From positions 384,001-448,000 of the forward strand of contig JAEHCO010000001.1 of assembly GCA_020697715.1 (NCBI GenBank): DNA of 64,000 nucleotides, given 5' to 3'. The stretch comes from Methanobacteriota archaeon. Its GTDB lineage: Archaea > Thermoplasmatota > Thermoplasmata > SG8-5 > JAGLSY01. The notes under the pieces were generated by a model. The model had not been told where the DNA came from. It searched no databases and saw nothing but the letters and a program-made list of their open reading frames with translations. This document shows positions 37,466-48,094 of this stretch, one piece after another. Position numbers and translations under genes: made by a program. Numbering within the stretch: the first letter of the stretch is position 1; every line of letters starts with the position of its first letter.

Positions 37466-40426
37466 ATGTTCATGGCTGACAGCAATGGGGGATACAATAA
37501 TGATCTGAGACCTGTTATTCACAGATCTTTCGATCTAATGAAATTCCAGATAAGCCGCATACTGCTGGTATCCAGTCTTTACGATGCTTTCACATTGGAA
37601 GAAGAGGGTTTATTATCCGAACAGATATCTGGAAAATATGAGGACATGGCTCTCTCGTCTCCCCCGCGGATCAGCCGGGTGTCCACTGGTGAAGAAGCAT
37701 TGGCCGAGCTCATGGAAAGGAATTATGATCTGATAATCACCATGCCAAGGCTGATAGATACGGATCCATTTGAATTTGGAAAGAAAGCGAAGGAACTTCA
37801 GCCAGGAGTTCCTGTGGTACTTCTTGTCATGGATAGATCGGATCTACCAACATTTTACAGGCCTGGTCGTCATGATAATATTGACAAGATATTCTATTGG
37901 AATGGAGACTCCGCGCTTTTCATGGCCATCACCAAATATGTTGAAGATCTGATGAATGTGGAAAGGGATACTGAATTGGGACTTGTCCGTGTCATACTGG
38001 TCGTTGAGGATTCCCCACGATATTATTCCATATTCCTACCATCCATCTATACCGAAATAGTGCATCAGACCCAGTCCTTGATAGCAGAGGGTCTGAATGA
38101 TCATGAAAAGGTATTCAGAAAGCGTAGCAGACCCAAGATACTTCTTGCTGAGAACTATGAAGAAGCAATAGACATATACACGAAATACAAGCAGCATATT
38201 CTTGGAGTCATAACTGATGTATCTTATCGAAAGGATGGGAAGAGAGAGCATGAGGCTGGCTTTCTACTCCTTGATGAATTGGACAAGGACACACCAGTTC
38301 TCATACAGTCATCCCATGTCGAGTGTGGTGTGAGAGCCAGAGAACTGGGTAAAGTGTTCTTGGACAAGAATTCTGAAACACTTCTTCAGGATCTGAGAGA
38401 CTTCTTCAAGAGCCATCTTGGATTTGGTGATTTCATTTTCCAGATGCCGACTGGCGAGCATATCGTGCACGCCTCGGACATCAATGAGTTCATCGAGGCT
38501 TTGGCCGACGTCCCGCCCGAGTCAGTGATGTTTCATGCAAAAGCCAATCAATTTTCTAATTGGCTCATGGCCCGGGGTGAGGTGGATCTTGCCCGGAAAC
38601 TGAGGCCGAAGAAAGTATCTGATTTCAAGAATGAGGAGGAAATGAGACATTATTTGATATCTTCTATTTTGGAGTCCAGCCAGGCCAAGCGCCGTGGCAT
38701 AATCACTGATTTTGATCAACAGAATTTCGGATACCAAGAGACCTTCACAAGGTTGGGTGGAGGATCCCTTGGTGGTAAAGGAAGGGGACTGGCCTTCCTG
38801 TCATCCCTGCTGAAGCAGAGTGATGTTCGAAAGAAGATCAAAGGATGTACTGTGAAAGTGCCAGACACCATGGTAATTGGAACAGATATCTTTGATGAAT
38901 TCATGGAATCCAATAACATGCACGAGTACATCAATAATGAACTTACGGATTCCGAGATCGCTGATCTTTTCATAAATGCCAGAGTATCACCTGAAATAAA
39001 AAAAGACTTGAAAAAATATCTATCTTTGGTGAGACAACCACTTGCAGTCCGGTCCTCCAGTTTGCTGGAAGACTCCCAGAACCAGCCATTTGCTGGCATA
39101 TATTCAACTTTCATGCTTCCGAATAATTGTATCGATGAGGATACCAGGCTGGAGCAATTGTGCCAGGCCATAAAATTAGTCTATGCTTCAGCTTTTTACA
39201 GATCGGCCAAGGCCTATATCCAATCAACAGTCCACATCACGGAGGAAGAAAAAATGGCCATCGTCCTGCAAAAGTTGATAGGCAAGCCATATGATGACAA
39301 GTTCTATCCCATATTCTCCGGTGTGGCGCAATCGACAAACTATTATCCAGTAGCCCCGCTCAAGCGGGATGATGGCATCACCAGCGTTGCCCTTGGCCTG
39401 GGTCGTATAGTTGTCGAAGGCGAGAAAGTTCTTAATTTCTCTCCAGAATACCCCAAGATCATACAGGGATTCTCCACGCCAGAGGAGATATTGAAGAATT
39501 CGCAAAATCATTTCTATGTTTTGAACATCGATTCATCAGGTTCATGCTATGATTTCAGAATGGGCGAGGATGTGTCCTTGCTTCAATTCCCAATATCGGA
39601 AGCAGAGAAGGATGGTTCATTGGTATATCTGGCCAGTACCTACGATGCCAATGACAATCGCATCAGGGATGGCGTAGGATATGCAGGTCCGAAGCTGATA
39701 ACATTCGCCGGGATCCTGAATTACAATATGATACCATTGGTCAAAATAGTTAAGGAAATACTTAAGGTCGGAGCCACAGGTATGGGCAGTCCAGTGGAGA
39801 TCGAGTTCGCGGCCACGACCAATGATGAGGGGAAGCCCGAATTCTACGTTCTACAGATACGCCCCCTTGTTGGCCTGAAGGAAAAGAAAGAGGTGAAGAT
39901 CAAGCAGAAGGATATTGACGATTCTTTCATTCACACCCACAAGGCTCTTGGCAATGGAATACTGGAAGGGGTTCGTGATATTCTTTTCATACCTCCTGAA
40001 AAATTCGACAATACAAGGACCATGGAGATCGCTCAGGAAATAGGCCAGATGAATAAGGAATTGGAAGGAAGGCCATATTTATTGATCGGGCCAGGGCGCT
40101 GGGGCACGAGAGATCGCTCACTTGGAATTCCAGTGGAATGGGATCAGATATCCAATGCCAGGGCGATCGTTGAAGCATCTCTAGAGGATTTCAGGATAGA
40201 CCCATCTCATGGCACTCATTTCTTCCATAATATAACATCACTGGGTATCATGTATTTCTCTATTCCTTATGGCACCCCGAAAGCCAATATGAAATGGGAA
40301 TGGCTTGCTTCTCAGAAACCAGAAAAGCAAATGAATTTCGTCACTCATATCGGGCTGGAAAAGGAATTGAATATCAGGGTGGATGGAAGAAGTGGGCAGG
40401 GCACCATATCTGGATCTGTAGAATGA
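37466..40426 (+). CDS. receiver-like domains + PPDK/PPS N-terminal ATP-grasp + phospho-His swivel-like domain protein
   Basis: REC-like ILLVS, VILVVEDS, ILGVITDV; GGKGRGL, AVRSSSLLED..FAG.Y, EIEFA, LQIRP; C-term SHGTHFF..LGI and VDGRSGQG; no PEP/pyruvate TIM barrel. Confidence 0.88.
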   Translation: MFMADSNGGYNNDLRPVIHRSFDLMKFQISRILLVSSLYDAFTLEEEGLLSEQISGKYEDMALSSPPRISRVSTGEEALAELMERNYDLIITMPRLIDTDPFEFGKKAKELQPGVPVVLLVMDRSDLPTFYRPGRHDNIDKIFYWNGDSALFMAITKYVEDLMNVERDTELGLVRVILVVEDSPRYYSIFLPSIYTEIVHQTQSLIAEGLNDHEKVFRKRSRPKILLAENYEEAIDIYTKYKQHILGVITDVSYRKDGKREHEAGFLLLDELDKDTPVLIQSSHVECGVRARELGKVFLDKNSETLLQDLRDFFKSHLGFGDFIFQMPTGEHIVHASDINEFIEALADVPPESVMFHAKANQFSNWLMARGEVDLARKLRPKKVSDFKNEEEMRHYLISSILESSQAKRRGIITDFDQQNFGYQETFTRLGGGSLGGKGRGLAFLSSLLKQSDVRKKIKGCTVKVPDTMVIGTDIFDEFMESNNMHEYINNELTDSEIADLFINARVSPEIKKDLKKYLSLVRQPLAVRSSSLLEDSQNQPFAGIYSTFMLPNNCIDEDTRLEQLCQAIKLVYASAFYRSAKAYIQSTVHITEEEKMAIVLQKLIGKPYDDKFYPIFSGVAQSTNYYPVAPLKRDDGITSVALGLGRIVVEGEKVLNFSPEYPKIIQGFSTPEEILKNSQNHFYVLNIDSSGSCYDFRMGEDVSLLQFPISEAEKDGSLVYLASTYDANDNRIRDGVGYAGPKLITFAGILNYNMIPLVKIVKEILKVGATGMGSPVEIEFAATTNDEGKPEFYVLQIRPLVGLKEKKEVKIKQKDIDDSFIHTHKALGNGILEGVRDILFIPPEKFDNTRTMEIAQEIGQMNKELEGRPYLLIGPGRWGTRDRSLGIPVEWDQISNARAIVEASLEDFRIDPSHGTHFFHNITSLGIMYFSIPYGTPKANMKWEWLASQKPEKQMNFVTHIGLEKELNIRVDGRSGQGTISGSVE

Positions 40427-40498
40427 TATTTTATTTAACTCAATAAAATCTGTACAATGATTTGTGATACGATATAAGATTAGAAAAATGAAAAGTAG

Positions 40499-40533
40499 GC
40501 CCTGGCCTTTGAAAGCCAGGGCATTTATTTTTT
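40499..40533. terminator. hairpin terminator between convergent genes
   Basis: GCCCTGGC/GCCAGGGC stem, T-tract on + side, A-rich upstream. Confidence 0.65.
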
Positions 40534-40571
40534 AGCTTGCTTAGATCAATACATGACTTAGCTAGACCTGT

Positions 40572-41924
<1,353 letters not shown>

Positions 41925-42099
41925 TTAGTTAGTCCAGTAACCTTCCAGGCTACTGATCTATCTCATATTCCGTAGATTTTCATCTGTTTAACACGGTTAT
42001 TTCGGGAGATAAAATACGCATATATAATGTAATAGGTCAAAGAAAGTGTTATAATTAGCAGAAAAACTATAAATGGATGTAATGCTGTCCATTATTTAC

Positions 42100-43290
42100 A
42101 TGCATCCAATAGAGGATATCAGAGGATCTTCATCTTCCAGGCTTGGTGGAAAGACCATCGTACTTGGAATAACAGGAAGTATCGCGGCAGTTGAGACCAT
42201 CCGGATGGCGAGGGAGCTGGCACGGCATGGTGCGAATGTCATACCGGTCATGTCCGAAGCCGCTACCAAGATAATCCATCCAGATGCAATTCACTTCGCC
42301 ACTGGCCATGATCCAATTATCAAATTGGATGGGGCAGTGAAGCATGTGGAGCTGTGCGGTGAGACCAGTAGCAGGGCGGATCTTCTACTCATAGCACCAG
42401 CGACGGCTAATACAATTTCTAAGATCGCCCATGCGATAGACGACACACCAGTGACCACGATGGCCACATGCGCTATGGGATCGAAGATGCCCATTGTGAT
42501 CGTGCCCGCCATGCATGGATCAATGTACAAGCATGAACTTCTTTTGAATAATATTCAGCTTCTGAAAGACCACGGTGTCATATTTGTCCAACCCAGAGTG
42601 GAAGAGGGCAAGGCGAAGATAGCTTCCAGGGATGACATAGTTCATTCGGCCATGAGGACTCTGGGTGACAATACATTCGCATCAAAGAAGGTTCTGATAA
42701 TAACTGGCCCAACTTCCGAACCAGTGGATGACGTGCGTGTGATGACCAACCGTTCCACCGGATACACAGGGGTGCAATTGGCCCTCGAAGCTTTTTATCG
42801 AGGTGCGGAAGTCGAGGTATGGGCATCCACAGGCGTGGACGTCCCGAATATGCTGGTTGTGAAGAGGTTCGAGACCGTTGGTGATCTGGAGAACCTGGCC
42901 GGCGAGGCGAAAGCAGATATCATTCTTGTCCCAGCTGCCATATCGGACTTCCTTATTGAGAAATATGAAGGGAAGGTAAGTTCCTCCGAGCCCACCACCA
43001 TTGAATTGACCCAGGCTCCCAAGATACTGGGACTTCTGCGAAAGAACACGCAAGCTCTTATAGTGGGCTTCAAAGCAGAGACTGGCATAGGCCTTGAGGA
43101 GCTGGAATCCAGAGCCATAAAGAGGATGAAAGAGCATGGCCTGGGTATGATAATTGCCAATCTGATAGAGGATGTCGGGCCATACGATACGAAGGCCATG
43201 ATCCTCCGCAAGGACGGTAAGAAAGATATCTTCGAGCTAAAGAAATCAGAGTTGGCCACAATTGTTTTCGATATAATAAAGGGTGGCTGA
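42100..43290 (+). CDS. coaBC: bifunctional phosphopantothenoylcysteine decarboxylase/synthetase
   Basis: GITGSIAA, APATANT, PAMH, TGPTSEPVDDVR..NRSTG, GFKAET. Confidence 0.95.
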   Translation: MHPIEDIRGSSSSRLGGKTIVLGITGSIAAVETIRMARELARHGANVIPVMSEAATKIIHPDAIHFATGHDPIIKLDGAVKHVELCGETSSRADLLLIAPATANTISKIAHAIDDTPVTTMATCAMGSKMPIVIVPAMHGSMYKHELLLNNIQLLKDHGVIFVQPRVEEGKAKIASRDDIVHSAMRTLGDNTFASKKVLIITGPTSEPVDDVRVMTNRSTGYTGVQLALEAFYRGAEVEVWASTGVDVPNMLVVKRFETVGDLENLAGEAKADIILVPAAISDFLIEKYEGKVSSSEPTTIELTQAPKILGLLRKNTQALIVGFKAETGIGLEELESRAIKRMKEHGLGMIIANLIEDVGPYDTKAMILRKDGKKDIFELKKSELATIVFDIIKGG

Positions 43291-43331
43291 ATGCGAGAGC
43301 AAAGCGATCGCATTCTGAACCTCGACATGAA

Positions 43332-44288
43332 ATGGAGAGGTTAGCAATGACGAGTTCAGCCATTGATACGAAGATCACCAAAACGAAGTCTATCGATGCC
43401 AGTAATACAGCGAAAGCATACTGCCCTGGCCACATAACCGGGATATTCACTATCGAGGATCAGGATCCAAATATTTTGAAGAAAGGCTCGAGGGGCCTGG
43501 GCTTCTGTACAGAGCTGGGGGCCATATCCGAGGTAGTATTTCAACCTGGAAATGGAGCACTGGACATAATCGTCAATGGCCGAACATCTATTTCTCCAGT
43601 CACAAAAAAAGCTTTGGACCACATGGTCCCAAAGCTCAGCCTGGATCTAGATATCAATATTGAACTTCAAGCTCCTATCGGTCAGGGATTTGGTATGAGT
43701 GCGGCAGGTACGATGGCGACATGCCTGGCTGTTGCCACATATCTTAACCTTCCAGCTCCTGAGATACAAGCTCTGAAGGCCACGCACATGGCCGAGGTCG
43801 AATTGGGGGCGGGCTTGGGGGACGCGATAGCACAGACAACAGGTGGTTTCGTACACCGCCTGGCTCCTGGTATTTCCAGCCTCAATAATGCAATAAGACT
43901 CGATACACCAGATACTGAAGTGATATTCTGTATACTGGGCGGAGAGCTAAGCACCAGGAGTATAATCCAGCATCCGGAAAAAAAGAAAATAATTTCTCAA
44001 GAGGGGGCGAAATACCTGACCGAGTTCGAGAAAAAGTCGAATTTCAATGATTTCCTCACCCTATCTGGCAAATTCTCGAAAAGCACTGGCCTTCTGACCA
44101 ACGAGATGTCAGAAGTTCTATTGAAGGTCAGCAATCTATGTAGGGGGAGCATGGTGATGCTTGGCAATAATGTGTTCTGCGTTCCTGACGATCCTTCCGA
44201 TATTCCCGATCTGGAAGATAGACTGGCAAATTATGGAAATGTTATCAGGACCAAGATCACCAAGGCCAAACCAATTATTTTACCCTGA
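43332..44288 (+). CDS. pantoate kinase (GHMP family)
   Basis: PGHITGIF, GSRGLG, PIGQGFGMSAA, H.AEV..G.GLGD; follows coaBC. Confidence 0.92.
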   Translation: MERLAMTSSAIDTKITKTKSIDASNTAKAYCPGHITGIFTIEDQDPNILKKGSRGLGFCTELGAISEVVFQPGNGALDIIVNGRTSISPVTKKALDHMVPKLSLDLDINIELQAPIGQGFGMSAAGTMATCLAVATYLNLPAPEIQALKATHMAEVELGAGLGDAIAQTTGGFVHRLAPGISSLNNAIRLDTPDTEVIFCILGGELSTRSIIQHPEKKKIISQEGAKYLTEFEKKSNFNDFLTLSGKFSKSTGLLTNEMSEVLLKVSNLCRGSMVMLGNNVFCVPDDPSDIPDLEDRLANYGNVIRTKITKAKPIILP

Positions 44289-44346
44289 ATAGTCAGGGAA
44301 ACGTTTAATACAGCATTCACAATTATGAAAGTGGTGGTGAGAGAAA

Positions 44347-44685
44347 ATGTTAGTAGACATATTTGCGATAATAGCAGGATTAGTATTGTTGACAGGAGTT
44401 CTGGGAGTTATTCCAGCCCTGGGAGAACACTTGGAGAAATTGGCCAAATGGCTGGGATCATTCCAGACCATAATCGGTATCATAGCTCTTTTGCTTGGTA
44501 TATTCAATCTAGGAAGCCTATCTGGCATCATGCTGGTGCTAGCTGGACTTATACTTATGATGGGAATACTTCCAGCAATTCCCGCGCTCGGAGAGCACTT
44601 GGAAAAACTGGCTAAGATACTTGCTGGCGTTCAGGTACCAATTGGTGTCATAACCCTTATAGTCGGTCTCCTTGGACTGTTCTAA
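44347..44685 (+). CDS. small four-TM protein with internal duplication
   Basis: IPALGEHLEKLAK occurs twice; GGTGGTGA RBS. Confidence 0.8.
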   Translation: MLVDIFAIIAGLVLLTGVLGVIPALGEHLEKLAKWLGSFQTIIGIIALLLGIFNLGSLSGIMLVLAGLILMMGILPAIPALGEHLEKLAKILAGVQVPIGVITLIVGLLGLF

Positions 44686-44757
44686 ACCAGAACATGAAAT
44701 ATACACGATATTTAAGATAATGAACACTAGATCAAAAGAACTATAGGAGTGGAATAA

Positions 44758-45582
44758 ATGGCAATAGAATTATTTGGATACGGACTGGAGGACGAGATAT
44801 ATGCAGCAATAAGCCTGCTGGATATCATACTGTTCCTCGTTGTTTTGGTGGTCGGGATTATCATCGCGCGTGTGGTAGCTGGCTCCGTAAAGAACAAATT
44901 GAACAAGATGAATGCTGGCGAGATACTCGCTGATTTTGCATCACGAATATTGAGAATAATATTGTATGTTTTCGTTATCGGGATTGCAATCGGTTTCCTT
45001 GGCGTGAATGTCGGAGCCGCTCTGGTCAGTGTATCGGTCGTGCTTGGCTTCGTACTTGGTTTCGCATTGGGCGACACCCTGAGCAACTTCGCCGCTGGAT
45101 TCATGATAGCCATAACCAAACCCTTCAAGAAAGGCGATTATATCGATGTCGCTGGTCAGTCTGGCTCTGTCAAGAGCGTGGGTATAAGCATAACCGAGCT
45201 CAATACACCGGACAACAAACACATCATCATACCCAACAAAGCAGTCTGGGGGGGTGCTATTGTGAACTATTCCAAACACACACTCAGAAGAGTGGATATG
45301 AAAACAGGCGTAGGATATGACGATAACCTGGATCTGGCCCTCAAGACCACGATGGATATAGTGACAGCTCATCCAAAGGTTTTGAAGGATCCCGCACCAC
45401 AGGTGGTAATAGCCGAGATGGCCGATTCTTCGGTCAATATCGTCATCAGGCCATGGTCCAAGAACGCGGACTACTGGGATGTGTTCTTCGACCTCCAGAA
45501 AGCCCTCAAGGAAGGCTATGACAAGGCCGGTCTGAGCATACCATATCCACAGACCGATGTTCATATGATCGAGAAGAATTAG
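44758..45582 (+). CDS. mscS: small-conductance mechanosensitive channel
   Basis: GFALGDTLSNFAAG, PFKKGD, IPN, ADSSVN, IPYPQ. Confidence 0.95.
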   Translation: MAIELFGYGLEDEIYAAISLLDIILFLVVLVVGIIIARVVAGSVKNKLNKMNAGEILADFASRILRIILYVFVIGIAIGFLGVNVGAALVSVSVVLGFVLGFALGDTLSNFAAGFMIAITKPFKKGDYIDVAGQSGSVKSVGISITELNTPDNKHIIIPNKAVWGGAIVNYSKHTLRRVDMKTGVGYDDNLDLALKTTMDIVTAHPKVLKDPAPQVVIAEMADSSVNIVIRPWSKNADYWDVFFDLQKALKEGYDKAGLSIPYPQTDVHMIEKN

Positions 45583-45627
45583 ATCATAATACCAAACACA
45601 ATACAAGTGAACGAGAAGAAAGAGTAA

Positions 45628-45652
45628 TGGCACGGGGTTCAAACCCGTGCCA
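45628..45652. terminator. hairpin between convergent mscS and bioY
   Basis: TGGCACGGG/CCCGTGCCA 9-bp stem followed by T-rich tract. Confidence 0.6.
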
Positions 45653-45694
45653 CCTTTAACATTTTTGAAATTTTTATTTGTCTATCTAGAGGTT

Positions 45695-46288
45695 TTAAAC
45701 GCTCTGCCTGGTGGTTATCACCCTGCTCACAGAAGCAGCGGCAATTGCCTTGATAGCGTCCCCAATTATGAAAGGAATGACAGCCAGTGTCAATACTTGC
45801 ATGACGCCGTAGCCGGTCATTATGCCGAACCACAGGGCTCCGAGGGCGTAGATGATGCCGACACCGACCATCATCAAGGCCAGCAAGTTGTGGAAGTTCC
45901 TTGTTTTGTAATACTTCTCAACAGCCCAGCCTATTATCGCTGCCGCAATTACAAATCCCACCAGATATCCCAATGTGAACATGCCTGTGACACCAGCCAG
46001 CCATGGGACACCAGCGAGACCAAGGCCAACATACAGGCCTTGGCTCAATGCACCGAACCTGCTGCCGAGAATTACACCTGCTAGAAGGACTGCGAAGACC
46101 TGGCCAGTAAGTGGGATCGGGTTGCCAGGCATGAAGAATTTCACTTGTGCCAGAAGCCCAGTTAAACATGCGAAGCTCAGTGCGAGCATGACCTTGCGTG
46201 CAAAGTCCAGTTCATTCTGCCATTCATAGAACCTGTGTCTCAGGAACCTGTACTTGTTTACGGAAACATTAACATTCACGATATTCAC
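45695..46288 (-). CDS. bioY: biotin transporter
   Basis: PIPLTGQVFAVLLAG.ILG, YVGLGLAGVP, GYLVGF, PFIIGDAIK. Confidence 0.93.
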   Translation of the reverse strand: MNIVNVNVSVNKYRFLRHRFYEWQNELDFARKVMLALSFACLTGLLAQVKFFMPGNPIPLTGQVFAVLLAGVILGSRFGALSQGLYVGLGLAGVPWLAGVTGMFTLGYLVGFVIAAAIIGWAVEKYYKTRNFHNLLALMMVGVGIIYALGALWFGIMTGYGVMQVLTLAVIPFIIGDAIKAIAAASVSRVITTRQSV

Positions 46289-46397
46289 CCCAGGGGTTGT
46301 GACCGTGCATGGCGATTCAATATTTAATTTTACTTACACTGAATAATTAAATGTTATGATATTGGAACTGGATATATTACTAGAAACCGTCAATACT

Positions 46398-46694
46398 CTA
46401 TTCAAAAAGCGTGAATAGCTGATCATCCTCTCCAACATCAAATAACCCAAGTCTGGCTCCCGCATCCAGCCAGCCATGCGCGTAGTTCACACAAGCAAAG
46501 GCATTGATGTGATCTCCTGTTTCGAAAAAATGCTCCGCATCTTCAAAATAAGCCTTTGCCATTTTGAGATAATCATCCGCCGCCGTCCTCATGAAGGACC
46601 GTTCTGGGGCGATTATCTTCAATTTCCCCAATGCCTTTCTGGTCTTTTCCAGATATTGTGCCAAATGCTCTTCTGAGACTGTATCTCTTTCCAT
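46398..46694 (-). CDS. DUF357 family protein
   Basis: MAKAYFEDAEHF, NYAHGWLDAGARLG. Confidence 0.9.
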   Translation of the reverse strand: MERDTVSEEHLAQYLEKTRKALGKLKIIAPERSFMRTAADDYLKMAKAYFEDAEHFFETGDHINAFACVNYAHGWLDAGARLGLFDVGEDDQLFTLFE

Positions 46695-47286
46695 CGGACA
46701 CAGATATGCGTTTATCATTAAATACATATGCGCCCAGATGCGTGCTCATGTACGCGATGAAACAATTGATCTCGTCTATCATGTCCATCTCCCATTCGTC
46801 CCCTAATTTCTGCTTCATATTCTCTTTGTGGATCACGTAGGCATAGACACAGACTATTGCCAAATAATTCAGGGCCAGTATGAGGATATTATTCCACGTG
46901 ATCCCCTGAAAATAAACATCGGATGACAATGGGAAAATAAATCTGGTCGCGAACGTACTGGTCTCATGGAAGGGAATATCCAGAAGTATGTGGATGACCC
47001 AGCCAGAGAGGGCGGGAAGAAGTCTGGGTTTTAGTTTCCAGAGTATGATGCCGACAATGAAAACCGTGATAAAACTATGTAGCATGAAATAAATATCGAG
47101 GAATATCTGTGGAATTGTCCTCATCGCGTCACTATAGGTGATCTGGCCTGGCGACCAGAACATGGAATAGAACATTATGAGCAAAAATCCCACGTCTGGA
47201 AGCATGGCGAAAAACAATGCCTCGCTATGCCAGATCTTGTTCCGTGTGGGGATGTGCACCCATAGAATATGAGAGAAGAAATCCAT
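46573..47286 (-). CDS. membrane-bound metal-dependent hydrolase (YdjM-like)
   Basis: MDFFSH, LPD, HS, HILLDIPFH motifs with TM helices. Confidence 0.8.
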   Translation of the reverse strand: MDFFSHILWVHIPTRNKIWHSEALFFAMLPDVGFLLIMFYSMFWSPGQITYSDAMRTIPQIFLDIYFMLHSFITVFIVGIILWKLKPRLLPALSGWVIHILLDIPFHETSTFATRFIFPLSSDVYFQGITWNNILILALNYLAIVCVYAYVIHKENMKQKLGDEWEMDMIDEINCFIAYMSTHLGAYVFNDKRISVSDGKRYSLRRAFGTISGKDQKGIGEIEDNRPRTVLHEDGGG

Positions 47287-47468
47287 TAATAAGAAATTGT
47301 TAGCCGACATATATAAATTAATTGGTACAGGTCTTTGTATAAACAAGTCATTTTCAGATAAAACATGGTCTTTTTATGGATTTTTCCAACCTCGATCAAA
47401 CAAACCAGTGTGAAGTATATGGAATATGAACCTAAATATTAAATATATCAATTATCAATCTACTGGCC

Positions 47469-48002
47469 ATGACAGAAGAGAAGGCTAGGCAGACCCGTGG
47501 AGGCGTGGTAAAAGGTTATGCCAAGTACATCAAGAAGAAATGGGGAACCGATGGTGTTTTGGCATGCCAGAGAGATATTGGAGAGCTGGGATTCGAGGTC
47601 AAAGAGGATGCCTGGTACCCTGAAGAAGTCAATGTCAAGATACTCCAATGGATCGCTGACAATTATGGATTAGAGTATGTGGAGAAGGCCGCGGCCTCCA
47701 CCATATCCGAGAGAGGTGTCGTAGCCTATGCGGCCAAGCTGGCGGGCATCAAGAAGGTTTTGGAGCGAGGGGTCGAGGACTATTACCGCAATTTCAATTA
47801 TGGGAAGATCGACATCGATATCAGTGACAATCAAGCCATGGTCACCTTGACAGATTCAACATCCAATGAGGTGGATTGTGTTTCCTGGAAAGGAGCTCTG
47901 AAAGGAGTGTACAAGCTCGTCAATAAGACTGGGGACGTGCAGGAGATAGAGTGTTGCCATAAAGGTAAGGGTGCGTGCAAGTTTCTTATGACGTGGGAAT
48001 AA
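47469..48002 (+). CDS. V4R-like small-molecule-binding domain protein
   Basis: KYIKKKWG.DG, WYP, C-term C..WKG and ECCHKGKGACKFLMTW. Confidence 0.75.
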   Translation: MTEEKARQTRGGVVKGYAKYIKKKWGTDGVLACQRDIGELGFEVKEDAWYPEEVNVKILQWIADNYGLEYVEKAAASTISERGVVAYAAKLAGIKKVLERGVEDYYRNFNYGKIDIDISDNQAMVTLTDSTSNEVDCVSWKGALKGVYKLVNKTGDVQEIECCHKGKGACKFLMTWE

Positions 48003-48094
48003 TGGCACGCTCTGCTATGTTTTTTAAATATTCAGCAATAGCCAGATAAATAAAGGATTACCTGGCCTGCGTTTTTGGCAGGCCAGTATCAGCG

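Noticed and set aside
45628-45654. GGGTTCAAACCC T-arm-like sequence suggesting a tRNA fragment
   Set aside because: No D or anticodon arm; position fits a terminator between convergent genes
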